Shown: piece by piece, positions 17,930 to 26,348 of the stretch
How positions within the stretch are numbered: the first letter of the stretch is position 1
Layout: each line of letters starts with the position of its first letter
Assembly (NCBI RefSeq): GCF_000012925.1
Contig: NC_007517.1
Coordinates: 3,420,001 to 3,452,000, forward strand
Reading direction: 5' to 3'
DNA: 32,000 bases
Origin: Geobacter metallireducens GS-15
GTDB lineage: Bacteria > Desulfobacterota > Desulfuromonadia > Geobacterales > Geobacteraceae
The notes under the pieces: model-generated
Databases searched by the model: none
Told to the model about the DNA's origin: nothing
The model's input: only the letters and a program-made list of their open reading frames with translations
Translations under genes and position numbers: made by a program

Positions 17930-19119
17930 CCAAGCTGGTGTACAAGGTTCGCAGGAGGGGGGCATACGCCCACTACAACTTCCCCCTCAAGCTGCGGCCC
18001 CAGAAGGATGAACTCCTGAGTTCCTGGCTCATCCGCCTGGCCCTGCGGCACCGAACCATGCCGATGACGTTCACCAACCTGTACATGCCGGAGACCAAGA
18101 ACATGTTATGGTCTGTCGACATGGACCTGCAGTCAGCCCCGGATTTCCTGTCGACATTGGCAACGAAAAGCGGTGCGCCGTTGGAAGCACTGCAGGCAAT
18201 GACGCTTGAGGGTTATGAAGGGTATCTGTTCGAAAAGGCTTTTACGAAGACTGGGGGTACGCAGTTTATCTTGCCGCTTCGGATGCGTGGGCGTCAGAAC
18301 ACCTCACACGGCCTTCGCTTCTGCCCCGTATGCCTGCGGGAAGATGAACAGCCTTACTTCAGGCGAAAGTGGCGGCTTTCGTTTTCAACTGCCTGTGTGC
18401 GGCATAAATGCTTTCTTCGGGACAGGTGCCCGGCCTGCCTGGCTCCGCTCACCGTTTACCGCAGACCTTCGGTGGTGGACTTCCCGAACTGCGACAAATG
18501 CGGCTTCCCGCTTAAAAGTGCCGAAGTCGAACCGATCGCCAGGGGCTCATACGGGTTGAAAGCAATTAAACGCATGTATGCGATTCTAGGCTGCGGGTTT
18601 ATCATGCTCGGAGAGGTGCCTGTCTACTCATTCCTCTTTTTTATCATCATCCACCAACTATGGAAGGCTGCCCATTTCTGGGATAAGACCGACGGCTTCT
18701 TGCATCATGAAGTAATGAAAGACCGCGTCGACGACCTGACATGGGAACTCAAACCCACTGTTTTGGATCAAATTCGCCTGAAGGAGCAGTATCTGTTTTT
18801 TTCCGGACTGATGCACCTGTTCGAGGATTACCCGCACAGACTGATGGATTACTGCCGCCGGAACCGATTTGGCAAGACGGAACTTACGAGGGATTTGCGT
18901 ATCGTTCCTTATTGGTATTCCAAGATCGTCGACCGATTTGACCATACGTTTTGGCCTTTAAGCTGTGACGAGGTCTCGAGTGTATTGGAATATATGAAAT
19001 CCAAAGACATGGATGTGCAATTGGATCGAGTGAAATCGCTTATAGGTAGGGGGATCGACTTCAGGAAGCGAACAGACATCGCAAAGGTCTTTGGCGCCGC
19101 TGGGAGTCGCGTGACATAA
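17926..19119 (+). CDS. tniQ: TniQ/TnsD-family target-selector protein
   Basis: The 397-aa ORF has a GTG start overlapping the tnsC stop (GTGA). The TniQ N-terminal signature is visible (RPQKDELLSSWLIRLALRH). A Cys-rich zinc-finger region follows (CPVCL...C..H...CPAC...NCDKCG). Confidence 0.85.
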   Translation: MTKLVYKVRRRGAYAHYNFPLKLRPQKDELLSSWLIRLALRHRTMPMTFTNLYMPETKNMLWSVDMDLQSAPDFLSTLATKSGAPLEALQAMTLEGYEGYLFEKAFTKTGGTQFILPLRMRGRQNTSHGLRFCPVCLREDEQPYFRRKWRLSFSTACVRHKCFLRDRCPACLAPLTVYRRPSVVDFPNCDKCGFPLKSAEVEPIARGSYGLKAIKRMYAILGCGFIMLGEVPVYSFLFFIIIHQLWKAAHFWDKTDGFLHHEVMKDRVDDLTWELKPTVLDQIRLKEQYLFFSGLMHLFEDYPHRLMDYCRRNRFGKTELTRDLRIVPYWYSKIVDRFDHTFWPLSCDEVSSVLEYMKSKDMDVQLDRVKSLIGRGIDFRKRTDIAKVFGAAGSRVT

Positions 19120-19705
19120 TATGGATATGAAATTTGTTCGGAAGCGATCTAATCACCGGTTTCACCAAAAAGGTCGAAATCTGACACCTTGACATCCTTT
19201 ACCATTAACGACCTCCTTGAACACGTAGATTTACCTCATTTTCGTGCCGAGAAAACCGGGCCCACCATACAATTTACAATAAATCATCAGCAACACTCCG
19301 TATGTACTTGTTGACGTAGAACATATCCGGCTGATGGGCGGCGGCTCTGGTCTTAATAGTAAAGTTTGCCTCTACCGAATTCTGTGGATTGAACCTGCTT
19401 GATTGGTGCAATTCCCCACCCCTTGGGGCGATTGATGTATCCAATAAAGGTAGTAGATACCCCGCTGTTTGCGGCGGGGTGATTCATTTTACGAGCACAT
19501 GGTTCGCTTAAACTCCAGCTTTATTTGTGTATATATTTTTAATTTGTTTTGTCAAATCTGGCAGGAGACGGGGTCTCCCCCCGCCGACCTCCCACACCAC
19601 TAAAGGCTTGTTTATCGTTGGTTGGTATACTATTTTATGCAGGCAATGGTTGGCCTGATATGATGGTATTAAAATGCTTTAATAAATAAGGAGGTCTCGT
19701 TTTTT

Positions 19706-22700
19706 ATGGAGCCGAGGCCACATTTCAACACATCGACTGCAGAACTTGATGCAATTTACAGAAAAAATATTGATAACATCTCAATACTCAACGAAATTCT
19801 AAAAGAACTTCACCATCGCGAAAAACCAAAAGCCGTCCAATTACGGAATGAAATTACCGCTACTTTAGCTAAGAAGAAACAGGGGAGTACTTCTGTAGCT
19901 GATACCAAGCAACAAGCTGCAGCCCCCAAGCCACTTTCAACGCCAAGCCAGTCTTCACTTGCATTGACGCCACCAATTGCTCGTGTAGCACCTGTACAGA
20001 CGCAATCTCGGTCAGTTTCTCCGCCCACAATACCAGCACCGCCCCATCCTCCACCCGTCCAATCCGAACAGCATGCACAGCCGGAACCACATATAAAAGC
20101 CACAACTGAACCAACTTCACCACCACAATCCCAATCTCAACCAGTGAGACCGTCAGTGCTCAAGCCACAGCTTAATAAGCAGCAAGTACACGTTCTCAAT
20201 GTGATCGAGTATCTGTCATCCCTTGCCAGAGTTAATTCTATAGTAGTCAGGGATATCACTAACTACCAGAACACTCTCTGGCTTTCAGATATCCCCCGCG
20301 ACGGGACAAACTGCTATTCAAGGACGTGGGGGGCTGACGAAAGCATTCCTGACGATGTATGGCTGGAAGTGAAAAAAATGCCGGAACCCCCAATGCCTGC
20401 AATCCCCAAGGTTTGTGAGCATTGGGTTGATGAATCTCTCCTGCGTAAGATCGACTTTGTACCCACTCTTCGGCAATCGATTGTGCTGAGCAAAAAGTTT
20501 ATCGACCCCGTTACAGGCGAAGAGCATGAAGAAATAGAGACAAAACAGCTATCTGACAATCCAGCGGTAGTCATTGCATGGGATGGCTATATTCAGCAAA
20601 AATGGCAACCTTGGACAACAATCTACAAAAAGCACCTTGAAATCCAGAAGGTCTTTGGCGCTCTGTTCAGTATTTACCAGGAACAGCAACGTCTTGGCGA
20701 GCAATATGAACTGGTCGTTGGCCTGGGGTTGTTGACATGGCAACAACCGGGTGGACAATCAGTGCGTCGGCATTTATTGGTAGCCAAGGCCTCTCTCGAA
20801 TTCGAATCCGCAATAGGACGGTTTGCCGTAAAACCTGCTCCAGATGGCGATCAATCTGAAGTCGAACTCGATATGCTTGACCCGGAATCCTATCCAGCAA
20901 ATTCATCGTCACTGATAGCATCTGGCAGGCAATTGCGGGACAATTTCTGGGACAGAACGATTTCCAATGCAATACTGGCTTCCATATCGAACTCTCTGGA
21001 AAAGCAAGGCAGAGGCAATTATCAGGCGGAAATCGACCGTGCAAGCGGTGCCAGTGCTACCGATATCCCTCTTATCGAATTCGCTCCAGCCTTGATACTG
21101 AGAAAACGGTCTCAAAAAGGGTTGCTAAATATCCTTGCCGATATGCGTCGACAGGTAGAAATGGGGTTGGAAATACCGGAGCAGTTCCTTGACCTGTGTG
21201 AAGTCTCAGGTCAGCATGAAATGGCCAATGGAGGGGATGCGCTGGAAGCTACCCCCCCTGATCATATCTACTTCCCTCTTCCTGCAAACGAACAGCAACG
21301 ACAGATAATCTACAAGTACAACAAACAGAATGGGGTACTGGTGCAAGGCCCGCCCGGTACCGGTAAATCTCAGACAATCTCGAACCTGATCTGTCATCTG
21401 TTGGCAACCGGGCAACGGGTCCTTGTAACTGCAAAGACGGCAAGGGCGCTTGAGGTTCTTCACCAAAAGATTCCTCCCGTCGTAAGTCCACTGTGCATCA
21501 GCATGCTTGGCAGCGGCACGGAAGAACGTGAATCGCTTGAGCGAAGCGTTAATGGCATTCTGAACAACGTCAATACCCGTAACGATCTTGTTGCCGCCAG
21601 GAAAATGGAAGAGCTTGAACAAAAACTCCATGACAACAAGAAAGCCGTTGCCGAAGCCCAATATGCATTGATCGCCTTGCGGGAAAAAGAAACATTCCAA
21701 CATACTCTGGCTGGAGGAGCATATACCGGTACCGCTGCAACCATTGCTGTCAAGCTTTTGGAGGATACCCCCCTATATAACTGGCTTGATGATGAAATCA
21801 GCGATAGTGACGAAATCCCCCTCACTCGTTCGGATTTAGACATTTTGTCTGCAATGCTGCTTGAGATCAGTGATGAGATGGAAGCTGAGTACAGCAAGCA
21901 TGTTCCTGACATTGCCAAAGATATCCCCGATTGTGAATACCTACGCAACGCATGGCAGGAGCTAACAAACCATGAGCTTACGGCAAAAGCCAGCGAAGCC
22001 AGGTTAAGTTCCATTTCAGGACAAGCTATAGCACGGGCGGCATATGACCAGATCACCACTCTGAACGAAACCATGACCCGTCTTGTAGCTGAAATACATA
22101 GCGTCATGCGTCGTCCTCTGCCATGGGTAAATGGGGCAATCAGGGAAGTACTGGCAGACCTTGACACCCCATGGAAACAGCTGCACAAGCTCACAACTGA
22201 ACGGCTTGGTGAGCTGAAAACACTTGCGCAAAAAACTCAGTCTCTTACGGTGGAAATTCCGGCATCCATGGATTTGATGAAATTGCATGGCGATGCCAAG
22301 ACCCTACTGGACCATTTTTCCGCTGGGGGTGGTCTCAAGCAGTTCGGCTTTTTTGGACATCCAATAGTAAAAAAACATGGTGAATCCGTAAAACAGGTAC
22401 GGGTGAACGGTCAGGAATGCGTAGACAGGAATGTGCTGCCAAAGCTGGTCAGCTATCTCGAGGTGAAGTTTCTGTTGAAAGAAATCTGGTCTTTCTGGGT
22501 TGGTAAAGTTACCTGCCAGCCAGAAAAACACCCACTAATGCAGATTGCAGAGATTGATGAGCTGATTGAAGCACTAGAGCACATTTTAAGTCTGTATACG
22601 CTCCGCGCAGAAGTTCTTGCGGTAGTCGAAAGGATTCATGGTCTGCCCCGTCCACAATTCGAGAATGTCGAATCGCTTGATGAGCTTATGAACACCTGTC

Positions 22701-25078
22701 AGGACGTTCTCAAGCAGTCTGTTCTCAAAGATCTTTATCAAAAAATGCTGCAGGAAGAAGGTCGCATATCGGCTGTAGTCGCCCATACTAATGCCCATCC
22801 GCTTTGTGGCGAGCTTTTCCAGTCATTCAAGGTGAGAAACGCAGACAGTTATTGTGCCGCCGTCAGTAAAATCAAGGCCGTTGGGGCACAGCGCTCACGG
22901 GTCATAGCAAAACAGGCCTACCTTGATGCCATTGCCTCAAAAGCCCCTCGGTTTGCAGCAACCCTGAAAAACGTACATGATAAACAGGTTGCCGTGCAAC
23001 GCCTCAAGGGATTGGATAATGCATGGGCATGGAAACAGGCATCTGACTGGATGTACAAGTTCCATAATCAGGATGGGAATGTGCTTGAAAGGAACATTCA
23101 CCGCCTTGAAGTCTCATCAGCAAAGGCATTGGAAGAACTTGCCGCGCTTAAGGCATGGTCACACTGTTTTTCCAGAATGACCAGAGATCATCAGCAACAT
23201 CTGGTTTCCTGGCATCAATCCATGCGTCGATTGGGCAAAGGAACGGGGAAGCATGCTCACAAGCATCGTCAGGATGCTCAGAAAAGCCTGAACGAATGCA
23301 AGGGAGCTGTTCCTTCGTGGATCATGCCGCTCCACAGGGTTTATGAAACGGTTGAGGCATCCCCCGGTTGCTTTGATGTGATTATCGTTGACGAAGCATC
23401 GCAGTGCGGTTTTGAAGCGTTGCCTCTTTTGTACCTTGCCAAGAAAATCATTGTTGTTGGTGATGAAAAGCAGATAAGCCCTGAAGCTGTCGGTATTGAC
23501 AGGTCGCATGTGTTCAACCTGATGCGGACGCACCTTGCCGACTTTAAACATAGTGCTTCCTTCGATATTGAGAACAGCCTGTTTGCCCATGGGCAGATTC
23601 GTTTCGGTAACAGAATTACCTTGTGCGAGCATTTCAGGTGTGCTCCCGAAATTATCCGTTTCAGTAATGAGCTGTGTTACACCTCTGATCCGCTCATCCC
23701 CTTGAAACAAGTCCCACCGAATCGGCTTGAACCGTTGAAGGCGGTTCATGTCCCATCAGGGTACAGGGAAGGCAGTGGACAGACCATTGTCAATAAGCCT
23801 GAAGCTGAAGCGATAGTTGAGCAAATCATCAAATGCTGTAAAGACAGCAAGTACGACGGTATGACGATGGGGGTTATCGTTCTTCAAGGTGATGCCCAGG
23901 CAAAAATCATTGAAGACATGCTAGTAAAGCGGTTGGGTACCGAAGAGATGCAGGAACGGCGGCTATTGTGCGGCAACCCGTACAGCTTCCAGGGCGATGA
24001 GCGCGATGTTGTCTTTATGAGTATGGTTGCAGCAAAGAATGAACGGATTGGCGCTTTCACTCAAGATAAAGACATGCGGCGCTTCAACGTTGCTGCAAGT
24101 CGTGCAAGGGAACAGATGTGGCTGTTCCACTCCGTTACCAGTAACGATCTCAGCAGCAGTTGCTTCAGAAGACGGCTGTTGAACCACTTCTATGATACGT
24201 CTGTTCGCAAGGTAGCCGGAATATCCGTGGAGGACTTGCAACGGGCTGCCCATATTGCTGACCGCTGGCGTGAGCAGCCGCCTGATCCGTTCGACAGCTG
24301 GTTTGAAGTAGATGTCGCGTTGCACATCGCTGGGCGCGGCTATACGGTTATTCCGCAATTCGAGTTTGCAGGCAAGAGAATAGACCTTGTTATCCAGGGG
24401 GGCAGTGCACAGCTTGCCGTCGAATGCGATGGCGATCATTGGCATGGACGGGACAAATATGAAGACGATATGCAACGGCAGCGCATGCTGGAGCGCTGCA
24501 ATTGGGTCTTTTTCAGAATAAAAGAAAGCTATTACCGCAGTAACAAGGAAAAGACACTGGAAGAACTTTGGGGAATGCTTGAAGCAAGGGGCATTTTCCC
24601 AAAAGGAAGCGAGCAATGTTCATCGGACGAATCAGCCAAAATGGATTCCGAACCGGCAAACGACCAAGAGGAGTTCGACCAGAATGATACAGGTGTAAAT
24701 GATGATACGAATGATACATCAGATACAGATGATGTTGATTCCGAAATGGATAGTGAAGATGACATTGGCGAATCGGAAGTGCCTCTAGAAGGTTGTCCAC
24801 TCTCAGCTCAAGAGGCGTTGAATGCGAAGCCTGCTGAATTGCGGCGATTGATAATTGAAGCAATGAAAACACTGCCGAATAATTCCTGTGTGCGTAAAGC
24901 ATTACCAACAATCATCCTTAGAAAATGTCACATCAAAACAAGAGGGACGCCCCGTAAGTTGTTTACTCGAAAAGTGGAAAGCCAAGTGGCGGTTATGATC
25001 AGGGATGGGAAGTTGGTTGCGTATAAAAGCAAAAATGACCGGTTAAAGCTTGGGTGGCAATTTGCTACTGAGTCTTAA
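19706..25078 (+). CDS. Giant SF1 (Upf1/DNA2-like) helicase with a DUF4011-like N-domain and a C-terminal Vsr/DUF559-type PD-(D/E)xK nuclease (Hhe-like architecture)
   Basis: The 1790-aa ORF has AAGGAGG 11 nt upstream. A P/Q/S-rich low-complexity region spans aa ~60-160, and a DUF4011-like region (ELVVGLGLLTW) spans aa ~160-480. Walker A GPPGTGKS is at aa 548-555 (nt 21347-21370) and Walker B IIVDEASQ at aa 1226-1233 (nt 23381-23404). Motifs III-VI are VVGDEKQISP, EHFRCAPEIIRFSN, FQGDERDVVFMSMV and RRFNVAASRAREQMWLF. The nuclease core is FEVDVAL...KRIDLVIQ...AVECDGDHWHG...R (aa ~1528-1612). An acidic D/E/S/T tract covers aa ~1638-1692, and a C-terminal basic domain of ~95 aa follows. Confidence 0.9.
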   Translation: MEPRPHFNTSTAELDAIYRKNIDNISILNEILKELHHREKPKAVQLRNEITATLAKKKQGSTSVADTKQQAAAPKPLSTPSQSSLALTPPIARVAPVQTQSRSVSPPTIPAPPHPPPVQSEQHAQPEPHIKATTEPTSPPQSQSQPVRPSVLKPQLNKQQVHVLNVIEYLSSLARVNSIVVRDITNYQNTLWLSDIPRDGTNCYSRTWGADESIPDDVWLEVKKMPEPPMPAIPKVCEHWVDESLLRKIDFVPTLRQSIVLSKKFIDPVTGEEHEEIETKQLSDNPAVVIAWDGYIQQKWQPWTTIYKKHLEIQKVFGALFSIYQEQQRLGEQYELVVGLGLLTWQQPGGQSVRRHLLVAKASLEFESAIGRFAVKPAPDGDQSEVELDMLDPESYPANSSSLIASGRQLRDNFWDRTISNAILASISNSLEKQGRGNYQAEIDRASGASATDIPLIEFAPALILRKRSQKGLLNILADMRRQVEMGLEIPEQFLDLCEVSGQHEMANGGDALEATPPDHIYFPLPANEQQRQIIYKYNKQNGVLVQGPPGTGKSQTISNLICHLLATGQRVLVTAKTARALEVLHQKIPPVVSPLCISMLGSGTEERESLERSVNGILNNVNTRNDLVAARKMEELEQKLHDNKKAVAEAQYALIALREKETFQHTLAGGAYTGTAATIAVKLLEDTPLYNWLDDEISDSDEIPLTRSDLDILSAMLLEISDEMEAEYSKHVPDIAKDIPDCEYLRNAWQELTNHELTAKASEARLSSISGQAIARAAYDQITTLNETMTRLVAEIHSVMRRPLPWVNGAIREVLADLDTPWKQLHKLTTERLGELKTLAQKTQSLTVEIPASMDLMKLHGDAKTLLDHFSAGGGLKQFGFFGHPIVKKHGESVKQVRVNGQECVDRNVLPKLVSYLEVKFLLKEIWSFWVGKVTCQPEKHPLMQIAEIDELIEALEHILSLYTLRAEVLAVVERIHGLPRPQFENVESLDELMNTCQDVLKQSVLKDLYQKMLQEEGRISAVVAHTNAHPLCGELFQSFKVRNADSYCAAVSKIKAVGAQRSRVIAKQAYLDAIASKAPRFAATLKNVHDKQVAVQRLKGLDNAWAWKQASDWMYKFHNQDGNVLERNIHRLEVSSAKALEELAALKAWSHCFSRMTRDHQQHLVSWHQSMRRLGKGTGKHAHKHRQDAQKSLNECKGAVPSWIMPLHRVYETVEASPGCFDVIIVDEASQCGFEALPLLYLAKKIIVVGDEKQISPEAVGIDRSHVFNLMRTHLADFKHSASFDIENSLFAHGQIRFGNRITLCEHFRCAPEIIRFSNELCYTSDPLIPLKQVPPNRLEPLKAVHVPSGYREGSGQTIVNKPEAEAIVEQIIKCCKDSKYDGMTMGVIVLQGDAQAKIIEDMLVKRLGTEEMQERRLLCGNPYSFQGDERDVVFMSMVAAKNERIGAFTQDKDMRRFNVAASRAREQMWLFHSVTSNDLSSSCFRRRLLNHFYDTSVRKVAGISVEDLQRAAHIADRWREQPPDPFDSWFEVDVALHIAGRGYTVIPQFEFAGKRIDLVIQGGSAQLAVECDGDHWHGRDKYEDDMQRQRMLERCNWVFFRIKESYYRSNKEKTLEELWGMLEARGIFPKGSEQCSSDESAKMDSEPANDQEEFDQNDTGVNDDTNDTSDTDDVDSEMDSEDDIGESEVPLEGCPLSAQEALNAKPAELRRLIIEAMKTLPNNSCVRKALPTIILRKCHIKTRGTPRKLFTRKVESQVAVMIRDGKLVAYKSKNDRLKLGWQFATES

Positions 25079-25090
25079 ATTGGAGCTACT

Positions 25091-26341
25091 GTGCCTAAAT
25101 GTACTGCACAAGAAATAATTAAAGAGATTTCAGAAGTTCAAAGCATTTCATTGCCTAATGACTGGTTTGATAATTTGAGTGACAAGCAATCTGTTTTTTC
25201 ATCGCTGTATCAATGGATGACTGATAGTGGCAGAGTCCCTTCTGATCAGCTTACAACGTTACACAATAGAACTTATGTGGGAGAAAAGACATACAGCAAA
25301 TTGCTTACGTTTGAAAGGAAACGGCTCGCCAAAACCCTTAAACTGCGTGGCGAAAAGCTTGAAGAGGCTGTTGCGTGGTCAGATATGAACTCTGGCCCGA
25401 AAAGCGAAATTGGCCAATCTCCCATTGCTGGCGATGTCATTCTGGTAATTCCTGAGTCTAGCAGGAAAGCGCTGAATGATTTTTCCATCCGGTTTCGTAA
25501 TGAAAACTGGTTGGCTGCAGTCAAGAAAGTTAAGAATCATGCTGCAGGAGCAACATACTACCAATGGCTGGTTTCTCAGGTGGAGCGACCTGATCACATA
25601 GGAGATACCGCAAAAGATGCGGCTATTGACGATACATATCCGCGTGAAAGCAATGATTATGGTGAATTGATCACGTATCTGACTGCAAACGTATCCCATG
25701 CAGCTCTTGAATGCTTCAAGGATGGTTGGCTGGAATATATTCAGCAATACCCTGAAAGGATAAAACCTGCTGCATGGTGTGATGAATGTGGGCAAAAATT
25801 GAATATCGAGGATGCATTGATTGCCTGGAGCAAGGAAGACCAGAACGAAGTATTTATCCTTGATGCTGACTGCCGTGCAAAATTCGATGAATTTGATCCC
25901 ATGGAATCGCGGCCACTTCCAGGAATTACCGGTGCTGACCTTGAGGAATTGGCAACAAAAGTAGGCTTGAGTGAACTCGACATAGAAAAGCTTGAAGAGA
26001 AACTGAAGCTATGGGCTGTTATTCCGGCATCAGGCAACTCTGGATGGGTATATTTCATAAAATCTGAAAGCAGTCATGAAATCAAGATCGGATATACCGC
26101 TGGCCCTATTGAAAAGCGGATAACCTCCCTTCAAACCGCCCATTCAAGCAATCTGCGTGTACTCGCTACTGTTCCTGGAACACGTGAATATGAAAAAGAA
26201 CTCCACCGGAAGTTTGCAGATCACCGCCTCAAGGGTGAGTGGTTTGCTCCTCATCATGATCTGGTGTCATTTATTGCTGTACTCAAAGATAATGATTCTA
26301 GAGCAACATTAGTAGACCCGACTAACCAAACAGGACACTAG
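25091..26341 (+). CDS. Protein with a YozE-SAM-like central segment and a C-terminal T5orf172/MUG113 (GIY-YIG-like) domain
   Basis: The 416-aa ORF has a GTG start 12 nt after the helicase stop, with GGAG 5 nt upstream. Residues ~153-218, YYQWLVSQVERPDHIGDTAKDAAIDDTYPRESNDYGELITYLTAN..ALECFKDGWLEY, match the YozE pattern. Residues ~318-398, WVYFIKS..EIKIGYT...KRITSLQTAH...E.ELHRKFADHRLKGEWF, match the T5orf172/MUG113 pattern. Confidence 0.8.
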   Translation: MPKCTAQEIIKEISEVQSISLPNDWFDNLSDKQSVFSSLYQWMTDSGRVPSDQLTTLHNRTYVGEKTYSKLLTFERKRLAKTLKLRGEKLEEAVAWSDMNSGPKSEIGQSPIAGDVILVIPESSRKALNDFSIRFRNENWLAAVKKVKNHAAGATYYQWLVSQVERPDHIGDTAKDAAIDDTYPRESNDYGELITYLTANVSHAALECFKDGWLEYIQQYPERIKPAAWCDECGQKLNIEDALIAWSKEDQNEVFILDADCRAKFDEFDPMESRPLPGITGADLEELATKVGLSELDIEKLEEKLKLWAVIPASGNSGWVYFIKSESSHEIKIGYTAGPIEKRITSLQTAHSSNLRVLATVPGTREYEKELHRKFADHRLKGEWFAPHHDLVSFIAVLKDNDSRATLVDPTNQTGH

Positions 26342-26348
26342 TGATATA

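Noticed and set aside
19120-19705. A possible CRISPR array or guide-RNA locus next to tniQ, as in CRISPR-associated transposons.
   Set aside because: No direct repeats of 25-40 bp with regular spacing are present, and there are no cas genes in the window.
20314-24911. Numerous 60-240-aa minus-strand ORFs inside the giant helicase gene (e.g. 21460-22194, 23159-23749, 23963-24616).
   Set aside because: All are antisense to a continuous 1790-codon frame that carries ordered helicase and nuclease motifs. Their translations are low-complexity or Ser/Cys/Phe-rich with no motifs.
25775-25873. A Cys cluster (CDECGQK...DADC) in the 416-aa protein as a possible zinc ribbon.
   Set aside because: Only three cysteines are present (CxxC plus one distal C) with irregular spacing, which is not enough to call a zinc-binding motif from sequence alone.
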